Virus record (IMG/VR): IMGVR_UViG_3300031885_000005
Span: 1 to 64,000 of that record
Strand: one strand, 5' to 3'
From: a virus
Length of the DNA: 64,000 nt
The position numbers and the translations under genes are program-made. This document shows, piece after piece, positions 48,946 to 59,533 of the stretch (position 1 is its first letter; the number at the start of each line of letters is the position of its first letter). The notes under the pieces were generated by a model. That model was not told the DNA's origin, searched no databases, and saw only the letters and a list, made by a program, of their open reading frames with translations.

Positions 48946-50322
48946 TCATCTCTCTTCCTCCTTATCTGTCTTTCTATCTTCCTCTCTCTTAGGAATTATT
49001 GTATTTTTTATTCTTTCTTGTGCGATTTTAAGATAATCTTCTGATAATTCTATGCCTATAAATCTACGATTAAGTAATTTGCAAGCAACTCCAGTAGTTC
49101 CCGAACCCATAAATGGGTCAAGAATAATGTCTCCCTTTTTGCTTCCTAAAGTAATAAGATAAGACATTAATTTTATAGGTTTAACTGTAGGATGGAAATT
49201 ACTTCTTTTTTCTCTTGGTTTTTCAGTTCCTTTATTAATTGCACCTACTAATCCTGCTGGTTGGCAATCTTTCTCTTCTAAATTTTCACATCCTTTATTT
49301 TTCTCACTCTTACTTGCTTTTGGGCAAATTAAAAAAGGAAAAGTATTATAATCTTCGGAAATATTATTTTCTTTAGCCCAAGCATCTAAATCAAAATAAC
49401 GAGAAAAAGAACCAGAATCATTATAAGTTTGTCCTGCTGGTTTTCCAGTAGATTTTTGCCAAATCCCACCCGAAGCAGATTTATCATCTTTAGATTTATT
49501 TGATGTTCTTTCTTTTCCATCATTTAATATATCATCAGAAACTAATAAATTAGCAGGAAAACGAGAATTTTTTTCTGTTTGTGAAATAGTAGTTATTTTT
49601 TTCCCACTGCCAAATTGATTTCCATGTATTTCTGAAAAATCATTAAAATTGGCAATTACTTTATCAGAAGTAGGAATCCTACAATCATCTAAATTAGTAA
49701 TTCCTTTATTATTTTTTAATGCTTGGTCAATATATCCTTTTTCTGATAATGATTTCATAACTACAATTATTATTTCTACTGCTGGCTTGGGTTGAAATCC
49801 GCCAAAAGAACCTTTTAATTGTTTGGCTTCTTCGCTTTCTGGTTCAGTAATAGAATACTCGCCTTTCCATTCATAATTGTCATCATCATGAACTCCTAAA
49901 TGATTATTTACTTTTTCTCCTGTATGTCCTTTTGCTTTACCTACTTCTTTTCCTTTTAATCCTTTTCTTTTATCTATTGCTTTGGAAATGTTTATTGCCT
50001 TGGGAAATCCGCTTGCATAAGCCCAATAAATAGAAGTAAATCCTGTTTCAAATCCTGCTTCTTGTAAATTATAAATCATTCTTCCTAATACATCTTGTCT
50101 TGGAGCTGACATAATAAAAGCAAATGCTCCAGGCTTTAATACTCTCAAACATTCTTTCCAAGTAGAAGAAGGAATAACTACTTTATCCCAATCCTTACCC
50201 ATAAAAGAATAGCCATAAGGGGGGTCAGTTAAAATAAGGTCAATAGAATTATCTTCTATTCCTTTTAATACTTCTTTACAATCTCCTAAATATAATTGAA
50301 TTTGTTTATCCATTTTATTCAC
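48946..50322 (-). CDS. DNA N4-C/N6-A methyltransferase (beta class)
   Basis: TDPPY, HPTVKP and LDPFMGSGTTG. Confidence 0.93.
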   Translation of the reverse strand: MNKMDKQIQLYLGDCKEVLKGIEDNSIDLILTDPPYGYSFMGKDWDKVVIPSSTWKECLRVLKPGAFAFIMSAPRQDVLGRMIYNLQEAGFETGFTSIYWAYASGFPKAINISKAIDKRKGLKGKEVGKAKGHTGEKVNNHLGVHDDDNYEWKGEYSITEPESEEAKQLKGSFGGFQPKPAVEIIIVVMKSLSEKGYIDQALKNNKGITNLDDCRIPTSDKVIANFNDFSEIHGNQFGSGKKITTISQTEKNSRFPANLLVSDDILNDGKERTSNKSKDDKSASGGIWQKSTGKPAGQTYNDSGSFSRYFDLDAWAKENNISEDYNTFPFLICPKASKSEKNKGCENLEEKDCQPAGLVGAINKGTEKPREKRSNFHPTVKPIKLMSYLITLGSKKGDIILDPFMGSGTTGVACKLLNRRFIGIELSEDYLKIAQERIKNTIIPKREEDRKTDKEEER

Positions 50323-53300
50323 TATAATAAGGTTTAAGTTCTTTTTCTTCTATAAAATCTTTTTCAGTAAAAGTAGGTTGAGATTTAATTATTGGAATTT
50401 CTTGTTCGGGTATTTCTTTCTTTTTACGTTCTTTTTTGGGTTTAGTTATTATTCCAATTTTTTCTTTATCCCATCTTAATGCATCAAAAATTTTTTCTGA
50501 AATATCTAAAATATTTCTTTTAATCATCATATCATAATCTACTTCGATTATTTGATTTTGAGTTTCCTCATCATAAGCGAGTACATTTTTTTCTATTATT
50601 GTGTGGGATTCTTTTAATTCTTTTTTTCCAGTTTCTTTATTTTTTCTCATTGATTTAGCATGTCTTTCTGCTTGTCCAAAAGATTTAACATAACAGTAAT
50701 AAAAAGTTTCTCCCGAATTTTTTTCTATTCCAAACAATTTCTTAGAATAATCCAAGGCTCTTAAAAAGATGGGAGGACTTTTATAGTCCTGTATATTATT
50801 TATTTTAGAAGGAAATCCTATTTCAATTATAGGAACTTTCTTAATTGTTTCTTTTTGTGAAGCAATAAATTCAATAATCGCTTCTTGAGATTCGTTATTA
50901 AGAACTTTTTCTATTAATTCTTCTTGAAATTTTTTCATAAAAATAGAACTATTCCTTCTCTTTACTTCAACCCCTTTAATTTCTTTTTTAATTCCTGTAG
51001 GAGTTTTTAAATAACCAATGTAATGGCAAAGGGCTACCACTAATAATCTATCAAATATACCTTCAGTTTCAAATTCTATTCCTAAATTATCTTTATTATA
51101 TTTTTCTTTAGCCCATTGATTTACTAACTGATTTAATAAATTGGTTGGGTCTTCTTTAGTTTGACAAAAAATACTGTCAGTATCTAAATAGGTAACTTTT
51201 ATTTCTTGTTCTTGTAATTTATTTTCTACATAATGGAGTAAATCTCTTACTATACTCGTAATTGCAGAAGCTATTCGAACATCATATAATCGGAATACTT
51301 TCAGAGCAGTTACTCCAAAAAGGCTATTTGTAAGTGCCTTGATTGCTTCATATTTTATCTGTAAATCTTTTGCTTCTTCACTTTCTGGGTCTAAAGATTT
51401 AAGTTGCTTTTTTAATATATCTTTTTTGATGATTAATTTTTTTGCAATTATGGGAAGTAAAGTATTTGGATTTTGCTTAACATAAATAGAATATTTTACT
51501 TCATTAGTTTCTCGGTCAGTTATATCTATTTTCTGTTCATTTTTATTTTCGGTAAGATTAGCAATATCTAAACAAAAATTAATAATGGCTTGGGGATAGG
51601 CACTACTTAAATCGAGTTTATAGACTTGTTCAAAACGACCAAGTTCTGCTCTTCTGTAAGCTCCTTCAAATTCTTTACCCTCCTCTATTATAATATCTTC
51701 CGCATATTTTTTTGAAGGAAGTACTATACCCATTTTTTTTGCCTCAGTTAAAAGCATTACATCAAGTACTTTTGAATTTCCACTTAATACTATTCGTTCC
51801 TTGTATCTTATTAAAAAATTGTGATATTCGTTTTCTATGCACCAAATTTTACCTTCATATTGAATCTCTTTTTTAGCATGATAACGAAATAATTTAAGTG
51901 GTTTTTTTACAATATTTCCTTCATAATATGTAAATCCGTTTTTAATTCTTTTATGTGTACTGACATTCCATCCAGCTAAAATACATAATAATTGAAATTG
52001 GTCGAGTAATTCTTTATTTTTAGAATAATAACAACCACTATTCTTGGTTTGCCAATGCCCATCCCCTTTCATCATTGTTTCTATTAATAATCTTTTTTGT
52101 TGAATAGATAATTCATAAACAAAAATCGGTAATTCTTTTTCATTATTTAATAATTGCTTATATAAACTTGTATCTCTTGCCCTAATACGAAAATTAATAC
52201 ATTTATTTTTTTTGTGGATATATTTAGAATATCCTAAATTTTCTTGATTTAATAATTCCTCTATTTCATTCGCTTTCTTTCCTTTATTTTGATAAATAGA
52301 AATACCCTTCAATTGTTTTTCAAAATGTCCTTCAGAAACTATCCAACCAATAAGTTTTATTTGATTGTCAGTTAGTTGATTAAATTTTCCCTCATAACCT
52401 TCAGAACCCACAAAGAAATATCTATCATCTCTATCAGGTATAGAATCTATAGTATTTTCTTCTAATTTGAGTTTATTACGTTCAGGTCTATTATAAGTCA
52501 TTAAAAATTTATGATTTGGAGTAACACAAAAATTAATTCGTTCATTATCATAATTTATCATTATTCCTTTATAATCATAAATAAATAGATTTTTAATTTT
52601 TGATAATTCTAATTGTAAAGTTTTCGGATTCATGGAATAAACTCTATCCGATTTTTTTATTTCATTATATTTCTTCCAACCATTTTTTGTGAGAAGTTCT
52701 GTTTGTTCATCAAGACAATGCCAAGTCAAATCCTCCCAAATACATTTCCCCATTCTGCGAATTTCGTCATAATAGGAGATTATCTTTTTTTGGTTTTCGA
52801 TTTCAATCATATCTTTTATATCTTCAATATTTTTTTCTTTAATTTCTTCAGTAATTTGGCTAAAATCTACTTTCTTTTTTGGAGGTTTTCCCAAATACTT
52901 TTGAGCAATAGAATCTAAAGCATAGGATACTTCTTTATTATAAATTTTTTTAAATAAATCCAAATAATCTAATATACTAATACCTTGAGGATAAGGAATT
53001 TCATCCTCTTTTCTTCCATAGCGACATTTTTGAATCGGACTAATTAATTCTGCTAAATTTAATGACCATAATTTTTTTATTCTCATTGCAAGATAAGGAT
53101 AATCAAATGCTATAAAATTCCACCCCAGCAAAATATCTGGTTGCTCATCTTTTATATATTTAATAAAATCTTTTAACAATTTATCTTCAAGTTCATTCCA
53201 ATCTTTAACAGCAATTCTTGGGTCAACATAATCTTTTAAATAAAATGTTTTGATTTCTTTAGATAAAGAATTATAAATACTAATACAGGTAATTGGTTGA

Positions 53301-53698
53301 TTAGGATAGAGATAATTGGGTATTCCTCCCTTTGTTTGGATTTCAATATCAATAAAAATATATTTGATTGGAGATTTAATAATTTCCCCTACCTTATCAC
53401 ACAAATATCGTTTCGTAAACAAAACATCTGCTTCGTAGGAATTTTCGTCTCTTTTGCGAGAAACTTCTGAAGGCAATTTACAAAATACTTTATTTACTTT
53501 TTTTCCGTTAATAGTTCTAAAAATTCCTGTCGAAGATTCTTGATAAAAATAAGGCATAAAATTCTTATCCCTAAACTGAACCAATTGCCCATCGGGTTGG
53601 CGATTAAAGAGGACAATTTCTCTCCCCAAATTACTTATATTCTGAATCGGAAAATTTAAAATATGTCCTCCAATTTTAATAAATGAAAAGGTCTCCAA
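50315..53698 (-). CDS. polB: Family B DNA polymerase with an intein
   Basis: Exonuclease motifs DIE and GWNFIAFD; polymerase motifs DLSSAYP, KALTNSLFG and YLDTDS. Confidence 0.95.
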   Translation of the reverse strand: METFSFIKIGGHILNFPIQNISNLGREIVLFNRQPDGQLVQFRDKNFMPYFYQESSTGIFRTINGKKVNKVFCKLPSEVSRKRDENSYEADVLFTKRYLCDKVGEIIKSPIKYIFIDIEIQTKGGIPNYLYPNQPITCISIYNSLSKEIKTFYLKDYVDPRIAVKDWNELEDKLLKDFIKYIKDEQPDILLGWNFIAFDYPYLAMRIKKLWSLNLAELISPIQKCRYGRKEDEIPYPQGISILDYLDLFKKIYNKEVSYALDSIAQKYLGKPPKKKVDFSQITEEIKEKNIEDIKDMIEIENQKKIISYYDEIRRMGKCIWEDLTWHCLDEQTELLTKNGWKKYNEIKKSDRVYSMNPKTLQLELSKIKNLFIYDYKGIMINYDNERINFCVTPNHKFLMTYNRPERNKLKLEENTIDSIPDRDDRYFFVGSEGYEGKFNQLTDNQIKLIGWIVSEGHFEKQLKGISIYQNKGKKANEIEELLNQENLGYSKYIHKKNKCINFRIRARDTSLYKQLLNNEKELPIFVYELSIQQKRLLIETMMKGDGHWQTKNSGCYYSKNKELLDQFQLLCILAGWNVSTHKRIKNGFTYYEGNIVKKPLKLFRYHAKKEIQYEGKIWCIENEYHNFLIRYKERIVLSGNSKVLDVMLLTEAKKMGIVLPSKKYAEDIIIEEGKEFEGAYRRAELGRFEQVYKLDLSSAYPQAIINFCLDIANLTENKNEQKIDITDRETNEVKYSIYVKQNPNTLLPIIAKKLIIKKDILKKQLKSLDPESEEAKDLQIKYEAIKALTNSLFGVTALKVFRLYDVRIASAITSIVRDLLHYVENKLQEQEIKVTYLDTDSIFCQTKEDPTNLLNQLVNQWAKEKYNKDNLGIEFETEGIFDRLLVVALCHYIGYLKTPTGIKKEIKGVEVKRRNSSIFMKKFQEELIEKVLNNESQEAIIEFIASQKETIKKVPIIEIGFPSKINNIQDYKSPPIFLRALDYSKKLFGIEKNSGETFYYCYVKSFGQAERHAKSMRKNKETGKKELKESHTIIEKNVLAYDEETQNQIIEVDYDMMIKRNILDISEKIFDALRWDKEKIGIITKPKKERKKKEIPEQEIPIIKSQPTFTEKDFIEEKELKPYYSE
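51776..52717 (-). mobile_element. 314-aa intein with LAGLIDADG endonuclease in PolB
   Basis: H|CLDEQTELLTKNGW, VTPNHKF (block B), LIGWIVSEG and LIETMMKGDG (LAGLIDADG), IWCIENEYHNF...LSGN|S. Confidence 0.92.
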
Positions 53699-54024
53699 AT
53701 TGCATCTCTTCCGTTGTCTAATAAATAATTCATCATTCTATTTGCACCCACAAAATTCATAGAATGAATATAACACAATGCTTGCTTTTGACTTTCATTA
53801 TCAATCAACCATTTTACAAATGTGTAACCTGTATTTTCTTCATTAGAATCCACCCAAAGTTGATTTCCGAGGTCGTGGTCTAATAGCATTGTTTGAAAAT
53901 CATTTAATAAACATGCTTCTTTAGCTGCGTTTACAGTTTCACAAATAAATAATTCTTGATTCCTCAATAATTGTTTGAATTTTTCTATACGGATAGGATT
54001 ATCTTCTAATATAAGAATTTTCAT
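53656..54024 (-). CDS. Stand-alone receiver-like protein (cyclic-phosphate-processing receiver type)
   Basis: ILEDN..R, LDHDLG, TGY and IHSMN..GA..M. Confidence 0.75.
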   Translation of the reverse strand: MKILILEDNPIRIEKFKQLLRNQELFICETVNAAKEACLLNDFQTMLLDHDLGNQLWVDSNEENTGYTFVKWLIDNESQKQALCYIHSMNFVGANRMMNYLLDNGRDAIWRPFHLLKLEDIF

Positions 54025-54223
54025 TTTTTAAATTCTGAATGAATATGTAATTTTATTGTATTTATTTTTTTAATTAATTCAATCTGTTCATCAGTAATAT
54101 ATCCTTCATAATCAGAATAACCTTTGGCATTTCCTCCTGAATTTATTAATCCTATAGATTCTAATAAATTTCTATTTATTCTGGTTTCTTCTGGTTCTAT
54201 TTGTAACCAAACAAAAGTTTTCA

Positions 54224-55243
54224 TTATTCTTTCTCCATCTCAATCCATTCAGAATACAGCGATTCTATTTGAGAATCGGTTGGTTTTTTGAACCCGAATT
54301 CATTATAAAAATTGCATCTGGTTTCGGTCTCTTCTGGAGCTGTACCGCTAATTTTTTTCTTTTCTAATCTGTAACAAATCAAAAATCCTATTGGGAATGA
54401 TTTATTTTTATCTCCTATTTTAAATTTATAAGTTGGTGCATCTGCTTTAGTAGCCCGATATGCTTTAATAATAAGTGTAGCCCAATGAGCAAGGGCTTTT
54501 CCTCCACTTAATTTCTCCAACTTGATGTACCCCCCTAAATCCATTCGGCTTTGCCCGATAAGGATGAAAGTTACATTACCTTTATAATTTCCTGAAGCAT
54601 CCATTCTAAAAAATTGGCTAAGACGTCTTGCCAAAAGTGCCATGGTATCTTCCGAAGTGGATTTGGTTTCGCCTTTCTTGGTTTCTTGTTCGCCTTCAGG
54701 ACTTAAAGACTGTACCGAATCAAGTATAATTAAATCAATTACTTTTTCTTTGCTCATCTTTATTGCGGTATCTAAGGCTTCTTCGGCATTATCAAAATGA
54801 CCAATTAATAATTTACTTCTATCTACTCCACATTTATCTGCCCAAGAATTGTCAAATGAAGTTTCAAGGTCTAAATAAAGGCAAATCTTTCCAAATTTCT
54901 GAGCTTGAGCAATTAAATATAATGCAGTAGTAGATTTGGTACTTCCTTTATTACCCCAAATAACAGAAAATGCACCAGAAGGAAATCCCTTAATCATCTT
55001 ATCTAATTCAGGTATTCCTGTAGGGATTCTTTCTCTCTCTGGTTCTTCTGAAGCGAAATGTATTATTTCGTGTCCAAAAGTTTTGCTCAAATCATTAACA
55101 ACTCGTTTAAGGTTGGGATTTATTTCTTCTTTTTTATTATCCTCTTTGCGTTCTTCTAATAATTTATGGCATATTGGAGGAGTTTTAATTATTTCTTCTT
55201 TTGCCTTAGTTATTTTATTCTTACCGCCCTTTTTTCTGCCCAT
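54224..55243 (-). CDS. recA: RecA/UvsX-like recombinase
   Basis: IPTGIPELD, GNKGSTKS, YLDLE, ILDSV, ARRLSQFFR and SGGKAL. Confidence 0.9.
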   Translation of the reverse strand: MGRKKGGKNKITKAKEEIIKTPPICHKLLEERKEDNKKEEINPNLKRVVNDLSKTFGHEIIHFASEEPERERIPTGIPELDKMIKGFPSGAFSVIWGNKGSTKSTTALYLIAQAQKFGKICLYLDLETSFDNSWADKCGVDRSKLLIGHFDNAEEALDTAIKMSKEKVIDLIILDSVQSLSPEGEQETKKGETKSTSEDTMALLARRLSQFFRMDASGNYKGNVTFILIGQSRMDLGGYIKLEKLSGGKALAHWATLIIKAYRATKADAPTYKFKIGDKNKSFPIGFLICYRLEKKKISGTAPEETETRCNFYNEFGFKKPTDSQIESLYSEWIEMEKE

Positions 55244-55275
55244 CTTTAATCTCCTTTAATTTTTTCAGAATAGAA

Positions 55276-55947
55276 CTACGATTTATTAGTTGGGGTAACA
55301 TTGAATATAGTTCCATTTTTAACTTTAACCGTATCACCATTTACCATATTACCTTCGGATTTATTGCCTTCCCCTCTTTTATATGTCATTGTGTAAATTG
55401 TGGTATCATTTATTTCGCTGGTATTAAAAGCTAACTCAATCACCTGAATAAACGTGATTTCCCTAAATGACCAACTTTTTTCTCTGCCATTTACAATAAT
55501 CGTAAATTCTTTGTTTTGTCCAAGAGAATCATTTTTTTCTTCCGCAAATTTAATATTAAAAATAAGCCACTTCCCCAAAATCTCATGAATAAAATAATCA
55601 ACCGCACGTACAATATCTTCTTTTGTTATTGGTTTAAATGTTTTTAAAGTAATTGTATTGTCAAAATAAAGTGGTATATAACTTGCCCTTACTCCATCCC
55701 AAGTTTCAATTACTTTGGATTTTGGAGTTTTAAAATAATTTTTAAAAGCAATATCTAAATCTTTGAATCCATTATAATTTTGAATAGTAAAAAGACCAAT
55801 GTCCGAATCCGCTAAATAAACATCAAATAAACAATCATTCTCATTATTTTGCATCATTTCCCAAGTATCAATAATAAGAGTTTGATTATGAGACCAATAA
55901 TATTTTTCTATTTGTTTGATTAATTTTTTCTTTTCTCTATTACTCAT
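55276..55947 (-). CDS. Unknown domain fused to a C-terminal multiubiquitin (Multi_ubiq-like) domain
   Basis: FTIIVNGREK...ITFIQVIELAF...YTMTYKRG...EGNMVNGDTVKVKNGTIFNVTPTNKS; start MSNRE follows SD GGAGG. Confidence 0.75.
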   Translation of the reverse strand: MSNREKKKLIKQIEKYYWSHNQTLIIDTWEMMQNNENDCLFDVYLADSDIGLFTIQNYNGFKDLDIAFKNYFKTPKSKVIETWDGVRASYIPLYFDNTITLKTFKPITKEDIVRAVDYFIHEILGKWLIFNIKFAEEKNDSLGQNKEFTIIVNGREKSWSFREITFIQVIELAFNTSEINDTTIYTMTYKRGEGNKSEGNMVNGDTVKVKNGTIFNVTPTNKS

Positions 55948-56581
55948 TTTATTCCTCCATCCAATCAATTATTAAATTGTACCAAATCAAACTAATTTCT
56001 AATAATTTATAATCTGTATTGATTCCAAATCCAGTAATTGTTAAAGGATAAAAATAAATTTTAAAGATGCCAATTTTTTTCATTTTATTTATAGACCATC
56101 GCAAAATATTTAATTTCTTTCCATAAATCTTTTTCTTTATCTACTCTAAACATGGTTTTTCTTCCTTGTCCATGTTCTATAGTAACTAAAAAAGCAACAC
56201 ATCTATTTTCAATATACATTTTATCTTGATATTGTTCTATTAATCGGTCTATTTTTATAGTTACATCTCTCCAAACTTTATCTTTTAGTCTTTTCATTTA
56301 ATTACCTCCTAAAAATCTCTGATTTCCATGCCCATAATTTTTAATAGGTCTTTTTAACCAATCTTCTAATAATGAAATCTGTTGACTTTTTTTTGTAATT
56401 ATAAGAATATTAATACATCCTAATTTTTTTAATTGTTGCAATACTTCATCTTGGATTCCATAACTTTTTTCAAGTATCATAAAGTGATTTTTCTTTACTT
56501 TTTTAATAAAAGTATAATCAAAAGAATTATATTCTCCTGCCAAGATGTTCTTTCCTTTACCTGGGTCAAAACAATAAATTT

Positions 56582-56917
56582 TCATCTTTTCTCTTTCAAT
56601 AATTTACAAAAATCAGCAAAAGATAACATAATTAATTTTCCTTCCACTTCATGTTCGATTACATATAAGGGAATCTTGGTCGTAGAAAAAGGAAGGGAAT
56701 CTATTAATTCCTCCCATACTTTTTTAGAGAACCATTTTCCTTTATGGGATTTGCATTCACAAAATACATTTTGACTTGTTATATCTGCAAGTTCCGTATT
56801 CCTCTGCCCTCCACTTGAGGCTTTGGAACAACGAACAGGAGGGTTTTCTTGGAAGATTTCCTGTAATCTATCGGCTACCAATAACTCTAATTGTTTACCT
56901 TTATCTTTATTGGTCAT
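56582..56917 (-). CDS. Hjc-like PD-(D/E)xK resolvase/nuclease
   Basis: KGKQLE, ASSGG, ADI and ECK. Confidence 0.75.
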   Translation of the reverse strand: MTNKDKGKQLELLVADRLQEIFQENPPVRCSKASSGGQRNTELADITSQNVFCECKSHKGKWFSKKVWEELIDSLPFSTTKIPLYVIEHEVEGKLIMLSFADFCKLLKEKR

Positions 56918-57444
56918 TTTTTGTTTTTACTTAAATTATCTTTTGCCCAAAGGGGTTGGAGATTTTTATAATTAAAACATTTCTTTTGTTCAGATTCTTT
57001 ACTTAAATCAAAAGAAACACAAGGTCTTATATGGTCAACGTGCCAACCATAGTAACCATAATTATTCCAAGACATGCCTGACTCGAATTGAGATTCGAGG
57101 TGTTTCTTCAATTTATCAATACTACATCCTACTAAATTCATAGTAGTAGATAATTTTGGATTGCCTTTTAAAATTTCATTTATTCGTGTTCTTAAATTAC
57201 ATATCAATCTAAAATAAATATCTGCCTTTCTTCTATTTTTGCGATATTTATTAGATTTTATAATATGATTTTTGCGGTATTTTTTCATATATTTTTTAAT
57301 TTTTTCTTTATTTTTTTGTTGATATTTTTTTTGATGTTCTGAGATTTCTAATTTATGTTTAATATAATATTCTGCATGATATTTTTTTCGTTCTATTTTA
57401 TATTTTATATATCTTTTTTTGTCGTAGTTTTTTCTATTAAACAT
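56914..57444 (-). CDS. HNH homing endonuclease
   Basis: K/Y-rich N-terminus; LVGCS..LKKHLE..F..GMSW.NYG, WHVDHIRP and NLQPLW..DNLSK. Confidence 0.85.
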   Translation of the reverse strand: MFNRKNYDKKRYIKYKIERKKYHAEYYIKHKLEISEHQKKYQQKNKEKIKKYMKKYRKNHIIKSNKYRKNRRKADIYFRLICNLRTRINEILKGNPKLSTTMNLVGCSIDKLKKHLESQFESGMSWNNYGYYGWHVDHIRPCVSFDLSKESEQKKCFNYKNLQPLWAKDNLSKNKK

Positions 57445-57619
57445 TTTTATTAATTATAATAAACCAAAAAATCTTATCCAACTAAACTTAAATTTTAAAC
57501 AATAATGTTTGGTAGGTTCTGTAACATGTAAAAAATCATATATTTCACAACGAAATCCACTTACATCATCCAAATCAGGATAATAACAAAATCTGCAATA
57601 TCGGCAAGATTTAAACATT

Positions 57620-59533
57620 TTATAAGTTATTTTTCTTTTTTAATTCTCTGGTTTCAAAATTAAATTCACATGGGATTATATAATTTGAATAATGCCCACG
57701 AGGGTCGGTAATTTTGTCTATTTGAAAATGACTTATTGTTCCTGTCTCATCATCATAAACAAAACGAGTAGCAAATCTTGGGAATGATTTTATTAGATTT
57801 ACCGCAAACCATTGATAATCTTCTTTGAGTTGAGTAAATATTATAAGAATTCCTCCTTTGCGAATCATTTCATCATTGAGATGTTTAAATATTGCTTGTG
57901 TTTGTGCAAAGTCATCTCCTAAATAAATCCAATCTAAAATATTGACCGAATTTGATTCTATTTCGATTTGTAAAGGATTAGTTATTTGTTCTTTTGGAAT
58001 ATAATAATCTTTTTGTGTAAGTCCTAATAATCCAGCAACTTTTTCATGGCGACTTCCCGCTTCGAGAGATAAATAAAATGGAGTAATTCCTTGTTCTTTA
58101 AATTTTTTAATAAAATTAATAGCTATTGTAGTTTTCCCATGTCCTTGGGGTGCACCAATAAGAATAATATCCCCATTTCTAAAATAAGCTACATCGTCAA
58201 AATAGGGGATTTTGTAATTTATTTCTTTTGATTGTTCTTGAGTTTCATTGACCCATTCAACTGCTTGTTTGCAATCGTATCTACCTCTACCTCGTCTACT
58301 TAATTTTCCCTCTTTATGTAACTTGGCAAGATATTTATCAACGATAGCTCTTTTCTTATTATCTCCAGGAAAAACATGGTCTATAATATCTTTTGCCGAG
58401 ATGTCAGTCTGAATTATTTGGCAAGCATCATAAATTGATTTTTCTTGAGTTTGGTCTTCCGTTCCTCGGTACCCTTCAAGACTTCCTAACATTGCCTCAA
58501 TTACATTTGTTGGCATCGGATTTCTTAGCCAATTTTTATTTAAATAAAATAGAATTCCCTTAACAATATCTATTGATAATCCCATTTTTATTAATACTCC
58601 GCCAAAGCAAACAAAAGTATCATTACAACATCCTTCAAGATTATTATTAATTAATTCTATTGGATGTTCTGTAGCATCTTTTATTTTTTGCGATAATTCC
58701 GATGTTGTTTCGGATTTTCTACTTTTTTCTGCTTTGATTATTTCTAATAATTTAGATTTTAATTCTGGAGGAATTGTTTTTATTTCAGTTCCAAGATTAA
58801 TCCAATTATATGAATTTCCTTCGTATTTAGAAGGAGAAACTAAAAAATATCCTTTATGTGTTCTGGTATCTATGGCTAATCCAGCCACATTTACTTTTTG
58901 TTTAAAACAAAGTTCAGAATCAAATATAAATACATAATGTTTTCCGCCTCTTGGGGTATTTTGGGTTAGAGTTTTATTATCTTCTAACAATTTTTTAAGT
59001 TCATCTCTTAGAGAAATAGATTCTTCTTTTACTTCTTTATCATCAAAATCAATTATCATTACATTACTAAATTCGCAATTAACAGCCAAATTACATCCAT
59101 TTTCCAACCAATTGAGCCATTTTGATTTTTCTTTAGTGCTTACTCCTTCTTCTCTCCAATGTTCATCTTTTAATGGTTTTTTACTATTTTTAGCAATGGC
59201 AAATAAACTCCATCCATACTTTTGATAATCGTCGAGTTCAGGGCAAATATCTATTTTCATAGTATTGGTCATAAAGGAAACGATTTCGTCATTAGAAAGA
59301 GTAGGTTTTTTTTCTACTAAACGAATAAGGTCATAGATAGTTCCCTTAAATCCGCAGGAGAGACAATAGAATTTATCAGAACCTGGGATAGTTGTCATCG
59401 TAGGAGAATTAGTTTTAAATTTATGTTCTAATTCTTTTGGACAAGTAAATAAAATTTGTCCACGTTTAGAAGTTTTTGTGAAATTAGGAATTTTTTCTTT
59501 TAGGTATTTTAATAAATCTTCTACATTAATCAT
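57620..59533 (-). CDS. Primase-helicase: Zn finger, AEP Prim-Pol domain and P-loop NTPase
   Basis: CP..EH...CLSC; SKKP; IIDFD; TPRGGKHY; DTRT; PS; GAPQGHGKT; ILD; FTQL. Confidence 0.85.
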   Translation of the reverse strand: MINVEDLLKYLKEKIPNFTKTSKRGQILFTCPKELEHKFKTNSPTMTTIPGSDKFYCLSCGFKGTIYDLIRLVEKKPTLSNDEIVSFMTNTMKIDICPELDDYQKYGWSLFAIAKNSKKPLKDEHWREEGVSTKEKSKWLNWLENGCNLAVNCEFSNVMIIDFDDKEVKEESISLRDELKKLLEDNKTLTQNTPRGGKHYVFIFDSELCFKQKVNVAGLAIDTRTHKGYFLVSPSKYEGNSYNWINLGTEIKTIPPELKSKLLEIIKAEKSRKSETTSELSQKIKDATEHPIELINNNLEGCCNDTFVCFGGVLIKMGLSIDIVKGILFYLNKNWLRNPMPTNVIEAMLGSLEGYRGTEDQTQEKSIYDACQIIQTDISAKDIIDHVFPGDNKKRAIVDKYLAKLHKEGKLSRRGRGRYDCKQAVEWVNETQEQSKEINYKIPYFDDVAYFRNGDIILIGAPQGHGKTTIAINFIKKFKEQGITPFYLSLEAGSRHEKVAGLLGLTQKDYYIPKEQITNPLQIEIESNSVNILDWIYLGDDFAQTQAIFKHLNDEMIRKGGILIIFTQLKEDYQWFAVNLIKSFPRFATRFVYDDETGTISHFQIDKITDPRGHYSNYIIPCEFNFETRELKKKNNL

